Origin: an uncultured Alphaproteobacteria bacterium
GTDB lineage: Bacteria; Pseudomonadota; Alphaproteobacteria; Rhizobiales; Methyloligellaceae
Assembly (NCBI GenBank): GCA_963816805.1
Contig: CAWFLU010000015.1
Span: forward strand, 4,758 to 68,757
Direction of reading: 5' to 3'
Length of the DNA stretch: 64,000 nt
Part shown: positions 48,371 to 57,439 of the stretch, one piece after another
Layout: the number at the start of each line of letters is the position of its first letter
How positions within the stretch are numbered: position 1 is the first letter of the stretch
The notes under the pieces: generated by a model
The model's input: the letters and a program-made list of their open reading frames with translations, nothing else
What the model was told of the DNA's origin: nothing
Database searches by the model: none
Program-made: the position numbers and the translations under genes

Positions 48371-48991
48371 CTACTGGCCCTGGTTGAGATATTGGTCGAT
48401 CTGCAGCCCGGCCAGATATTGCGCCAGCGCCGCGAGGTCGTCCGGCGAGGCCGCATTCATCAGATCGGACATGCCGGGATTGTTGCCGCGGGTGCGGTCA
48501 CGAAAGTCGGTCATGGTCTTGAGGAGATAATCGTGGTTCTGCCCGGCGAGGCGGGCGGTCGAGCCGTCTCCCTGGAAGTGATCGAGATGGCAGCCGATGC
48601 AGCCGATGGCGGCCACGGCCTTTTGCGCGGTGGCGGCGACATCCGCCGGAGCCGGCGGCTGTTGCAAATCAGGCCATTTCAATTTCGAGAAATACTCCGC
48701 GAGCGGCAGCAAATCCTCCCTCGCCAGCGTCGAGGCGATCGGCGACATGAGATCGTTTTTGCGTGCCCCGCTTTGGAAGTCGCGCAATTGCAGGAAGAGA
48801 TAGCCGGCGTTCTGACCCCAGATCACCGGAAACGCCTTCTGCATCGGGACGCCCTGCTCCCCATGGCAGGTCGCGCAGATTTTGGCCTTGGCCTCGATCA
48901 CATCGTCGGCGAAGGAGGCGTGCCCGGTCACGATCAGGGCACCGAGAAGTACCGCGCGCCAAAGCCGCGAGAGGAGGGGGGAGAGCGTCAT
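48371..48991 (-). CDS. Di-haem c-type cytochrome (cytochrome c4-like)
   Basis: Signal peptide. Two CxxCH motifs (CATCH, CIGCH), each in a roughly 90-aa module. Confidence 0.85.
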   Translation of the reverse strand: MTLSPLLSRLWRAVLLGALIVTGHASFADDVIEAKAKICATCHGEQGVPMQKAFPVIWGQNAGYLFLQLRDFQSGARKNDLMSPIASTLAREDLLPLAEYFSKLKWPDLQQPPAPADVAATAQKAVAAIGCIGCHLDHFQGDGSTARLAGQNHDYLLKTMTDFRDRTRGNNPGMSDLMNAASPDDLAALAQYLAGLQIDQYLNQGQ

Positions 48992-49072
48992 GGAAGCGGC
49001 CTTTCGCTATGAAAAGGACGGGGCATTGCTGCCCCGTCCCATAATGTCTCAACAAACAGCGCGCGTGAACGA

Positions 49073-50764
49073 TCAATCGACCGTGAAGGCGATGATGTTG
49101 TTGCCGCGCTTGAAGTCTATCTGGGTGTTACCACCCGCGCCGACCACGATGTACTGCTTGCCGTCCACCGAATAGGAGGCCGGAGGTGCATTGACGCCGG
49201 CGCCGGCGAAGAACGACCACAGGACCTTGCCGTCCTTGGCATCATAGGCGCGGAACCAGCCGTTGCCCTCGCCGGTGAACATCAGGCCGCCGGCGGTCGT
49301 GAGCGCGCCGCCCATCATGGGCAGAGGCGTCTTGACCTGCCAGGCGATCTTGCCGGTGTTGTAGTCGACGGCGGTGACATTCCCGAACGACTCTTCGGAC
49401 GCGATCACCTTGAACGCGCCGCCGAGCCACAGCTTGCCGCCCGGATAGGGCGAGCTCTGCACCTGATAAGTCATCGGCTGGTGCAGGTTGACCGCGTAGG
49501 TCAGCCCAAGCTCTGGGTTGACCGCCATCGGCGACCATTCGACGCCGCCATTAGCGCCCGGAAGCATGCGTGCCCCGGTAGCGGTCGGCAGCGTCCATAA
49601 GCCTTCTTGCGATACCATCGGCTCGGAGAAGCGGATCAGGCTGCAATCCTTACGGCTGTTGACGAACACGTTGCCGATCTTGTTGCCGTGCAGGACGGCG
49701 GGGACGACGTTGCCGTCCTTGTCCTTGGCGTCGACCAGAATGGCCGGGCTCACGGCGTCGAGATCCCACACATCGTGCGGGATGAACTGGAAGTGACAGA
49801 CATATTTGCCAGTATCGAGATCAACCGATACGAGCGATTCCGTATAGAGATTGTCGCCGGGCCGAATGGCGCCGTCGAGATCAGGCGACGGATTGCCGAC
49901 CACGAAAAAGATGCGATTGTTCTTGAGATCGACCGCCGGGTTCTGCCACACGCCGCCGCCGACCGTCTTGTAAGGGTCGCCGGTCTTGGCGAGTTGAGCC
50001 TTCTCGGCCGCGATGTCGCGATGCATGTCGTGGCCGGTGGCGTCATTGGTCGCCCACACGCCGACCGAAGTCTCGGGCGTCGTATCGAAGTTCCAAATCA
50101 GCTTGCCGGTCTTGGCGTCATAGGCGCGCACGAAACCGCGGATACCGTACTCGCCACCGTTGGTGCCGATCAGGATCTTGCCATTGACGGCGGTCGGCGC
50201 CATGGTCTCGCTATAGCCGAGCGTGGGATCGGCGATTTGGGTCTGCCAAGCCACGCTGCCAGTCTTGGCATCGAGAGCGACGAGCTTGGAATCGAGCGTC
50301 GCGAGATAGACCTTGTCGTCATATACGGCGACGCCGCGATTGTTCGGGCCGCAGCAATAGGTCGTGACCGGACCCATCGCGTGCTTGTAGTGCCAATACT
50401 CCTCGCCTGTCTTGGCGTTGATGGCGTAGACGTGATCAAACGACGTCGTGACATACATCACGCCGTTGACGACGATGGGCGTCGTCTCCATCGACTCCTT
50501 CACCTCGGTCTGGAAGATCCAGGCGGGATGAAGCTTGCCGACATTCGAGGTATTGATCTGCTTGCCGGGATAATAGCGGGTCTGATCGTAGTTGCCGTTG
50601 GTGTGCAGAAAGTTGTTTTCATCACCGGCAGCGGCGTTGAGTTGATCTTGCGAGACGGGAGCCGCCGGCGCCCCTGCATCTGCGCACCAAGCCGGGCTCA
50701 CCGCACCGACAATGCCTATCACGAGCGCGCTCGTTAGCGCGCCACGCACCTTCCAACTCACCAT
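49073..50764 (-). CDS. PQQ-dependent dehydrogenase, methanol/ethanol family, with a lanthanide-type DxD motif
   Basis: Signal peptide, eight-bladed propeller repeats, vicinal Cys pair ([10 protein letters not shown]) and active-site [18 protein letters not shown]. Confidence 0.95.
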   Translation of the reverse strand: MVSWKVRGALTSALVIGIVGAVSPAWCADAGAPAAPVSQDQLNAAAGDENNFLHTNGNYDQTRYYPGKQINTSNVGKLHPAWIFQTEVKESMETTPIVVNGVMYVTTSFDHVYAINAKTGEEYWHYKHAMGPVTTYCCGPNNRGVAVYDDKVYLATLDSKLVALDAKTGSVAWQTQIADPTLGYSETMAPTAVNGKILIGTNGGEYGIRGFVRAYDAKTGKLIWNFDTTPETSVGVWATNDATGHDMHRDIAAEKAQLAKTGDPYKTVGGGVWQNPAVDLKNNRIFFVVGNPSPDLDGAIRPGDNLYTESLVSVDLDTGKYVCHFQFIPHDVWDLDAVSPAILVDAKDKDGNVVPAVLHGNKIGNVFVNSRKDCSLIRFSEPMVSQEGLWTLPTATGARMLPGANGGVEWSPMAVNPELGLTYAVNLHQPMTYQVQSSPYPGGKLWLGGAFKVIASEESFGNVTAVDYNTGKIAWQVKTPLPMMGGALTTAGGLMFTGEGNGWFRAYDAKDGKVLWSFFAGAGVNAPPASYSVDGKQYIVVGAGGNTQIDFKRGNNIIAFTVD

Positions 50765-51004
50765 GTTTTCCTCCCTTGGGTGTGGTCCCGAATTCCCGCT
50801 CTTACGGGTGCTCCAGTCGGGTCTTCACGCCAAAAACACTGCTCGCGACCTTGCCATTTGTCAATAAAGCCATTGCTGATCGGCCCAATGTGGGCTGCTG
50901 AGAGGCAACGCAATTGCTAATTCTGACTGTGTGACTTGCTATTTTGCGCTCAGGCGAACGGGTACATTTGAGACAGGAGCTTCGCGTTCACCGGGTCTTT
51001 GCGC

Positions 51005-52312
51005 ATGCAGTCAATCCAGCGTCGCTGGTCGAATAGACCGATCAGCCCGGAGCCGCGGCAATCCCGCATCGCTGCGGGGCATTTCCTGTCGGCAATCGCG
51101 GCATTGCTGTTTCTCCTCGCTGACGTTCCTTGTGTCCTGGCCGAGGATGACAGCGCGAAGGGGGCCGATGCGCTGGCGTCGCCCGGCGACGTCGTTACCG
51201 TGCCAATCGGCTATCTCGAGCAGGAGGTGAAGCGGCCGCTTCCTCTGTCACGGCTCAATGTCGCGCCGGAGGATCTCGGCGTCGCAGGTGCGCAGATTGC
51301 GCTCAAGGACAACAACACGACCGGGCGCTTCACCAAGCAGCAATTCACCCTCGAGGTCGAGCGCGTGCCGCCCGATGGCGACGCGGTCGCCGCCTTGGCC
51401 AAGCTGGTCGCGAGCGGGCATCATTTCGTGCTGGTCGACGCGCCGGCAAAGACGCTGCTCACACTCGCCGACTCCGTCAAAGGCAAAGACGTGCTGCTGT
51501 TTAATGTCAGCGCGCCCGAGGTGAGCCTTCGCCAGGAGGATTGCCGCGCCAACGTGCTGCACACCGCGCCGGACCGTACCATGCTCGCCGACGCGCTCGC
51601 GCAATATCTTGTTTGGAAGAAATGGCCGCGCTGGCTAGTGGTGAAGGGCACCTTCCCCGAGGACCTCGACTATCTCGCGGCGGTGGAGAGGGCAGCCAAG
51701 CGCTTCGGTGGCGTGATCGTCGAAGAGCGCGAATACAAGGGCACGCTCGAAGCGCGCCGCACCGATTCAGGCCAGCAGCAGATCCAGCAGCAGATGCCAA
51801 GCTTGACGCAAGGCGCGCCAGTTTACGACGTGGTGATCGTCGCCGACGAGAGGGAGGTGTTCGGGCCCTATCTTCCGTTTCGCACGTGGGACCCGCGCCC
51901 GGTCGCCGGCACGGCCGGCCTCAAGGCGATGAGCTGGCATCCGGCGCACGAGCAATGGGGCGCGACCCAGATGCAGAACCGCTTCCAGCGCTTCGCCAAC
52001 CGCTTCATGATGCCGCTCGACTATCAGGCCTGGGTCGCAGTGCGCGCGATCGGCGAGGGCGTGACGCGCAGCGGCTCGGCCGAGCTTGCGCCGGTCGCCG
52101 CCTATATCAGAGGCGACAAGTTCGATCTTGCGGCGTTCAAGGGGCAGAAGGTGACGTTCCGCACCTGGGACGGCCAGCTCCGCCAGCCGATCATCATCGC
52201 CGGACCCGACATGACGGTGTCGATGTCGCCGCAGGAAGGCTTCCTGCATGAGCATGCCGAGGTCGACACGCTCGGCATCGATGAGCCTGAGACCAAGTGC
52301 AAATTCCAATGA
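51005..52312 (+). CDS. Periplasmic substrate-binding protein (Leu/Ile/Val-binding fold) of the PQQ-dehydrogenase-associated type
   Basis: Type I periplasmic binding fold. The position and sequence resemble the PQQ-ADH-system ABC binding protein family (from memory). Start is ATG 51005 or TTG 50999. Confidence 0.8.
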   Translation: MQSIQRRWSNRPISPEPRQSRIAAGHFLSAIAALLFLLADVPCVLAEDDSAKGADALASPGDVVTVPIGYLEQEVKRPLPLSRLNVAPEDLGVAGAQIALKDNNTTGRFTKQQFTLEVERVPPDGDAVAALAKLVASGHHFVLVDAPAKTLLTLADSVKGKDVLLFNVSAPEVSLRQEDCRANVLHTAPDRTMLADALAQYLVWKKWPRWLVVKGTFPEDLDYLAAVERAAKRFGGVIVEEREYKGTLEARRTDSGQQQIQQQMPSLTQGAPVYDVVIVADEREVFGPYLPFRTWDPRPVAGTAGLKAMSWHPAHEQWGATQMQNRFQRFANRFMMPLDYQAWVAVRAIGEGVTRSGSAELAPVAAYIRGDKFDLAAFKGQKVTFRTWDGQLRQPIIIAGPDMTVSMSPQEGFLHEHAEVDTLGIDEPETKCKFQ

Positions 52313-52364
52313 GCAAAGAAGCGAGTCTCGTGCGCGTCAACGGCGAGGCCGATGGGAGGACGTC

Positions 52365-53348
52365 TTGAGAGCGATCAGTGTTTCCAATCTTGCTTCGGCG
52401 CTCGCAGCGGCGGTCGTGTTTGCCGCAACACCGTGTGCCGCCTACACGGTCTATGTCTCGAACGAAAAGGGGAACTCGCTGACGGTGATAGACAGCGCCA
52501 CGCTCGAGGTGCAGGCGACGATTCCGGTTGGCCAACGTCCGCGCGGCATCAAGATGACCAAGGACGGCAAGCAAGTGCTGATCTGCGCGAGCGATGACGA
52601 CACCGTGCAGATCCTCGACGTGGCGAGCCGCGAGATCGTCGGCGATCTGCCGTCAGGTCCGGACCCTGAGCAGCTCAACATTCATCCCTCCGGGAGTCCG
52701 GTCTATGTCGCCAACGAGGACGACGCTCTGATGACAGCCATCGATCTCAAGGACAGGAAGGTGCTGGCCGAGGTTCCGGTGGGGGTGGAGCCCGAGGGCG
52801 TGGGCGTCAGCCCCGACGGCAAGATCCTGATCGCCACGTCCGAGACCTCCAACATGGCGCATTTCATCGACACCGACACTTACGAGGTGGTCGACAACGT
52901 GCTGGTCGGATCGCGGCCACGCTTTGCCGAGTTCACTGCGGATGGCACGCAGCTCTGGGTCACCTCCGAAGTGGCGGGGACGGTGTCGGTGATCGACACC
53001 AAAACGCGCAAGATTATCAAAACGATAGGGTTTCAGATTCCGGGCGTGCAGCCCGAGCACATCCAGCCGGTCGGAGTGCGCCTCACCAAGGACGGCACGC
53101 GCGCCTTCGTCGCGCTCGGTCCCGCCAACCGCGTGGCTGTAATCGACGCCAAAGCGCTCGAGGTCGAGAAATATCTGCTGGTCGGACAGAGGGTGTGGCA
53201 GCTCGCCTTCACACCCGACGACAAGTTGCTGTTCGTGACCAACGGCAACAGCAACGACGTGTCGGTGGTCGACGTGCCAAGCCTGACAGTGGTGAAGTCG
53301 ATTCCCGTCGGGGATGCGCCCTGGGGCATCACGGTCTCACCGGAGTGA
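52365..53348 (+). CDS. YVTN-type beta-propeller protein (PQQ-catabolism-associated type)
   Basis: Repeated V.VSN...N.L.VID motifs (YVSNEKGNSLTVID, VYVANEDDALMTAID, LFVTNGNSNDVSVVD). TTG at 52365 with GGGAGGA SD and a signal peptide. Confidence 0.88.
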   Translation: MRAISVSNLASALAAAVVFAATPCAAYTVYVSNEKGNSLTVIDSATLEVQATIPVGQRPRGIKMTKDGKQVLICASDDDTVQILDVASREIVGDLPSGPDPEQLNIHPSGSPVYVANEDDALMTAIDLKDRKVLAEVPVGVEPEGVGVSPDGKILIATSETSNMAHFIDTDTYEVVDNVLVGSRPRFAEFTADGTQLWVTSEVAGTVSVIDTKTRKIIKTIGFQIPGVQPEHIQPVGVRLTKDGTRAFVALGPANRVAVIDAKALEVEKYLLVGQRVWQLAFTPDDKLLFVTNGNSNDVSVVDVPSLTVVKSIPVGDAPWGITVSPE

Positions 53349-53428
53349 GCCAGACCGTTTGCCAACCAACTCACTGCCGCGACGGCTTGCACCGCACGCG
53401 CGGCAGTTGAGGGTTCTAGACTGGGCGC

Positions 53429-53626
53429 CTAAGCCGCAGCGATCCATTCTCCGGCAACATAGCCGAAAGCGCAGGCGTCGGGATTGGCTTTGGCCGCCAG
53501 CCGCAGCTTATCCTCGGCGTCAACCAGGACCTTGCGATGCTTGGTGCTCCTATCCCAGGCTTCATCCTTGAAGCCGCTCAGGAGAATGATCTTCCTGCCG
53601 CGCAGGACGATTTTGGGGAGTGCCAT
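53429..53626 (-). CDS. Hypothetical protein (65 aa)
   Basis: GAGGAGG lies 5 nt upstream of the ATG at 53626. No family recognised. Confidence 0.45.
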   Translation of the reverse strand: MALPKIVLRGRKIILLSGFKDEAWDRSTKHRKVLVDAEDKLRLAAKANPDACAFGYVAGEWIAAA

Positions 53627-53824
53627 TCCCACCTCCTCGAGTTACCTCGGAAGGGTGCGCTCTGAATATTGTGAAGGCTTCAGAGTCGCGGCTTCCAAGG
53701 CAACAGCCTTGCTCCGATGGCGACCCCCGTCTGCCAATTAAGGAGACTAGCAAAAAAATGCGACGAAGGTAAGACGTTTCGACTCCAACACACCTAAAAA
53801 GTCGCGCGTTTTTGTGCAGTGCAG

Positions 53825-54787
53825 CTAAGAGACAATTTCCTCGCGCAGAAGCGCGGCGAGCGCGGCTTCCGTTGTCGCCGGCGGCTGCCAATCGAGACGC
53901 TGGAGCGCCGATGGATCGGCGACGAGGGAGCCAAACAGCGGCGCGTACATCTCCGCTTGACGCGTGGCGCGGAGGCTCGCAGCAAGCAGCGGACCAGGTA
54001 CATAGAAGAGACCGGGCTTGCGGCCGAGCCCACGTCGCATGGCGGCGATCATCGCGCCGATGGTGAAGGGCTTGGGATCGGCAACGATGAGCGGACGCTT
54101 GAGGGGCGCCGGAGTCGCCAGAACTTTGTCGACGGCCTCGACCAGATTGTCGAGAGCAAGCAGAGAGCGCTCACCCTTGAGCCCGGCGAGCGGGAGCGGG
54201 TAGGGGGAGCGCGCGAGCTTGGCGAGCTTCGCGACGTTGCCCTGCACGCCCGGCCCATAGACGAGCGCAAGCCTGAGCGCGACCCAGTCTAGCCCGGTCG
54301 CGGCAAGACCCTGCTCGGCGGCGAGCTTCGATCTGCCATAGGCATCGGTCGGGCGCGGCTCGTGCTGTTCTGTGAGCACGCCCGAGGCGGTCGGCCCCGA
54401 TTGCGCCCTGACCGAGGACAGGAACACGAAGCGCTTCACATGCGCTCGTTCGGCGGCCTTGGCAAAGCCGATCGTCGCCTCGGTGTTGAAGACGCGGTAA
54501 TCGTCCTCGGGCACGCCGGACATCGCCTCGGCGAGGCCCGCGGTGTGGATCACCGCATCGACATCGGCGAGCGCCTCGGTCATGTTGTAAGGCTTGGCGA
54601 GGTCGCCGATCACGGCGCTCGCGCAGCCGGCAGGGAGCACGGTCGGGCGGCGCAGCAGCACTCGCAAGCGATAGCCGCGCTTCGCCAGCTCTTTCAGCAA
54701 ATACTGGCCGATGAAGCCCGTCGCGCCGGTCAGCGCCACCAGCTTCTTGCGCGCCTGCTTCTCGGTGTTTTTCGGCTGTGCGTTCAT
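53825..54787 (-). CDS. NAD-dependent epimerase/dehydratase (extended SDR)
   Basis: LVALTGATGFIGQYL Rossmann motif and a YGRSK catalytic motif. Confidence 0.9.
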   Translation of the reverse strand: MNAQPKNTEKQARKKLVALTGATGFIGQYLLKELAKRGYRLRVLLRRPTVLPAGCASAVIGDLAKPYNMTEALADVDAVIHTAGLAEAMSGVPEDDYRVFNTEATIGFAKAAERAHVKRFVFLSSVRAQSGPTASGVLTEQHEPRPTDAYGRSKLAAEQGLAATGLDWVALRLALVYGPGVQGNVAKLAKLARSPYPLPLAGLKGERSLLALDNLVEAVDKVLATPAPLKRPLIVADPKPFTIGAMIAAMRRGLGRKPGLFYVPGPLLAASLRATRQAEMYAPLFGSLVADPSALQRLDWQPPATTEAALAALLREEIVS

Positions 54788-54894
54788 GCGGCTCCGGTGG
54801 GCGAGACCCGTCGTGGCCTCGCCCTCTAGGAGCTTAGTTCACAACCACATTTGGGCCAGAGCAAGCCCTCGAGCGGCGGCCCGGTATGCCTACT

Positions 54895-56316
54895 CTATTG
54901 CGGCAGGCTCAGCCGCCCGGCGGCCTTTATGACCGGCGGCGGGTTCCACTTGCTCGTCAGCGCGTCCGATTTCGGCGCGTAGAGCCGCATCGTCAGATTG
55001 TAGGGACCTTTCGGGGCCGGAAGCCAGTTCGCTTCCTTGCTGGCGCTCGGGCGCTCGTTCTGGAAATAGAGATCGAGAGAGCCGTCGGCGTTGTATGCGA
55101 ACGGCATCCAACTCGACACGGCGAAACGGTTGATCGCGTTCGCAACCTGGAAGCCTCCATTGTCGTAAAGCGTGATCGACCAGAAGGCCTCAGCCGGAGG
55201 GATGTGATCCTTGTCGAAATGAATTGTGTAGGCGTTGGCGCCGTCGAGCGGCTTGCCATCGCTGTCGCCGAGATTGAGCGGGTAGATGGCGTCTTCGGGC
55301 AGATTGGCGCCGAGGCCAAGCTGGGCGACGAGGGCACGCTTCAAATAGTAGTTGCCGTAAACGCCCATCGTGTCGGTGTTCATCGACCAATAGTTGGCCA
55401 CGCGCGCCAAGGTCGGGATCTTCCACTGCATCAGCGCCTGCGCGTCGGCAGGCGCACTTGCCAAGCCTTTCTGTATGGCCGGATCGGCCGCATTCAAATC
55501 GAAGCCTTTGCCGACTTCGAAACCGAGGCGGCTCAGCTGCGCGATAATCGGTTGGTCCGTGACATGCGGCGGCTGCAGTTTGAGGATCTCGGCGGCCAGC
55601 GTGAAATATTTGTCGGCGGGCATGGAATCGACCTGTGTCTTCGGCGGCGTCTTCATATCGATGTCGGGATCGATCTTCACTTCCGCCGCGACCGGTTCCT
55701 TGCCCCATAGCGAGAGCGGCGTGATCTTGTAGCCTGCCTGAATTTTGTGAACGGTGTCGTAGTCGGCCGGTCCGTCGGTCTTGGTGCGGCCGATGATCCA
55801 GACATAAGGCGTCGGCGCGGCGATGCGCGCGAAACCGACTGGCACGGTTCCGGCCCAGCCGGGCGGCGTCACGAGGAAATTGGCGGCAGCGGTGCCGGTC
55901 GTCCGCCAGCCGGGCGAAGCGAATACGTCGGTCCACATGTCGAGCATCGGCAGCAGGTAGTAGCGCCCGCCCGTATCGGGCGCCGACACGACGACCGGCT
56001 CCTTGGTGAGATCGAGCCAGCCGCTCGAGTAGAGCGTGTCGAAATTCGGTCGTACGACAGCCCTCATGTCGGCAGATGGAAAGGCGGGAATATTGGCGAA
56101 GCAATTCATCGGCCCGCCGAGCGACGCCGGTCCCGGCTGCTGATTGGTAAGCTGCCGCCGGGTGAGCTCCATCGTCACCAGCGGATAGAAATAAAGATAG
56201 GCGTCGACGCCAATCGCGTGCGCCTGATCCTCGGTGAGGGTTTCGGCGGCTGGTGCCAGAGTGGGAAGGAACGTGCAACCCAACGCCAACGCCAACGCAA
56301 ACAGATATTGCCTCAT
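54895..56316 (-). CDS. Secreted DUF1254/DUF1214 two-domain protein (paralogue 1)
   Basis: YLYFYPLVTMELTRRQ (DUF1254 N-terminus) and FWSITLYD (DUF1214). ATG at 56316 with GAGGAGG SD. Signal peptide MRQYLFALALALGCTFLPTLAPAAE. Confidence 0.88.
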   Translation of the reverse strand: MRQYLFALALALGCTFLPTLAPAAETLTEDQAHAIGVDAYLYFYPLVTMELTRRQLTNQQPGPASLGGPMNCFANIPAFPSADMRAVVRPNFDTLYSSGWLDLTKEPVVVSAPDTGGRYYLLPMLDMWTDVFASPGWRTTGTAAANFLVTPPGWAGTVPVGFARIAAPTPYVWIIGRTKTDGPADYDTVHKIQAGYKITPLSLWGKEPVAAEVKIDPDIDMKTPPKTQVDSMPADKYFTLAAEILKLQPPHVTDQPIIAQLSRLGFEVGKGFDLNAADPAIQKGLASAPADAQALMQWKIPTLARVANYWSMNTDTMGVYGNYYLKRALVAQLGLGANLPEDAIYPLNLGDSDGKPLDGANAYTIHFDKDHIPPAEAFWSITLYDNGGFQVANAINRFAVSSWMPFAYNADGSLDLYFQNERPSASKEANWLPAPKGPYNLTMRLYAPKSDALTSKWNPPPVIKAAGRLSLPQ

Positions 56317-56590
56317 CGCGCCCCTCCTCAAGTGAATGACGGTCAGTCCGGACGCCCGGTCGAAATTGAAGCGAGCGGCTGAATCAGCGCTAGTATTCAC
56401 GGCCGATCATCGCTCGTGTTTGTGGGCCAAAGAGTTCGAAATCGCGCGCATCGCATCCCTCCCAAGATGCGAGCAACGGCTTGGATGCCCGCGGATCAGA
56501 TGGACATCACGAGTTCGGCCTGCAAGTGGCTATGGGATGGGGCGGTTGAACCTCGGCGAGAAATATATGCAAATCGCGGAGAGAAATCGA

Positions 56591-56618
56591 AACGGCGGCG
56601 GAAATGTCCGCCGCCGTT
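56591..56618 (-). terminator. Strong GC hairpin, putative terminator of the small ORF upstream
   Basis: Perfect 11-bp stem AACGGCGGCGG / CCGCCGCCGTT with loop AAATGT. On the minus strand it is followed by TCGATTTCTCT. Confidence 0.45.
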
Positions 56619-56630
56619 CATTTACGAAGT

Positions 56631-56792
56631 CTAACCTAGGCAGAACGATCTCAATAGGTCGGGTAGCCTATAACCCTTGATCCACGGGCCGGTGCCGTAC
56701 TCCGCGGCACGAACACTCGAAGTGGCGAGAGAAGCGGTGAGCGTAAATAGGATACCAAGCGCGCAGCGTGTCGGTGCATCAATACGTAGCAT
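56631..56792 (-). CDS. Small signal-peptide ORF (53 aa), not in the ORF track; possibly a gene remnant
   Basis: GGGGAGAG SD 6 nt upstream of the ATG at 56792. MLRIDAPTRCALGILFTLTASLATSSVRA|AEYGTGPWIKGYRLPDLLRSFCLG. A hairpin lies 12 nt after the stop. Confidence 0.3.
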   Translation of the reverse strand: MLRIDAPTRCALGILFTLTASLATSSVRAAEYGTGPWIKGYRLPDLLRSFCLG

Positions 56793-57439
56793 CGCGACTC
56801 TCCCCGGACACAGTAGACGATCCTTCTCGCCGAGATTACGATGTGGTTCTTTGCATCGCTATTCGGCAGCACTAGAGCGATTGAAGTTGCGATCGAGTGA
56901 GAACAAAATTGCCACAGTGCTCCACGCGTGCGTTTGCCGCCCTACTACAACTGCTTATCTCACGCAGGCTTCACGCCGTTTTCGCAATCTTGCCGTCAAA
57001 TTCTGATCCAATCGAGAGTGGCTGTTCGGACGAAGCTGGTCGCGTCCGCGGAGCCGATAAGGCAATCTCGATTGGCGCAAGGGAGGGCATGCCGATGAGG
57101 GTCGAATGGCTTGCGTGTCAAATGCAACCAGCTGTGGGGTTATCGCGCACGGCTTGAAGCGTAAGAGATTGCTTTTCAGTACTGCGTTCTGTGGCGCTAG
57201 GAGTTGGGTCGCTCACACACTCCGCCCGCGCCGTTGGAAGCCGCGCGACAAAACCCACCCGGCAAACTTCACTATCGATCCGGTGGCAAAGGAGTGAAGG
57301 AGCAGATCAAGGAGATGGCTAATGGGCGGCGGGTATAGGACGAAAGACGATGCGAGGCGGTTAGCAAGGGTGCGTGCTGTCGAAATTTGTGGGAGCTCCG
57401 CCATCCGGTTGGATTGTGGCACATTAGGGAGGTAGTGGC

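Noticed and set aside
53758-53772. Four-codon mini-ORF ATG CGA CGA AGG TAA after an AAGGAG motif (leader-peptide-like)
   Set aside because: The SD spacing is too long (12 nt), and no downstream gene on that strand could be regulated by it.
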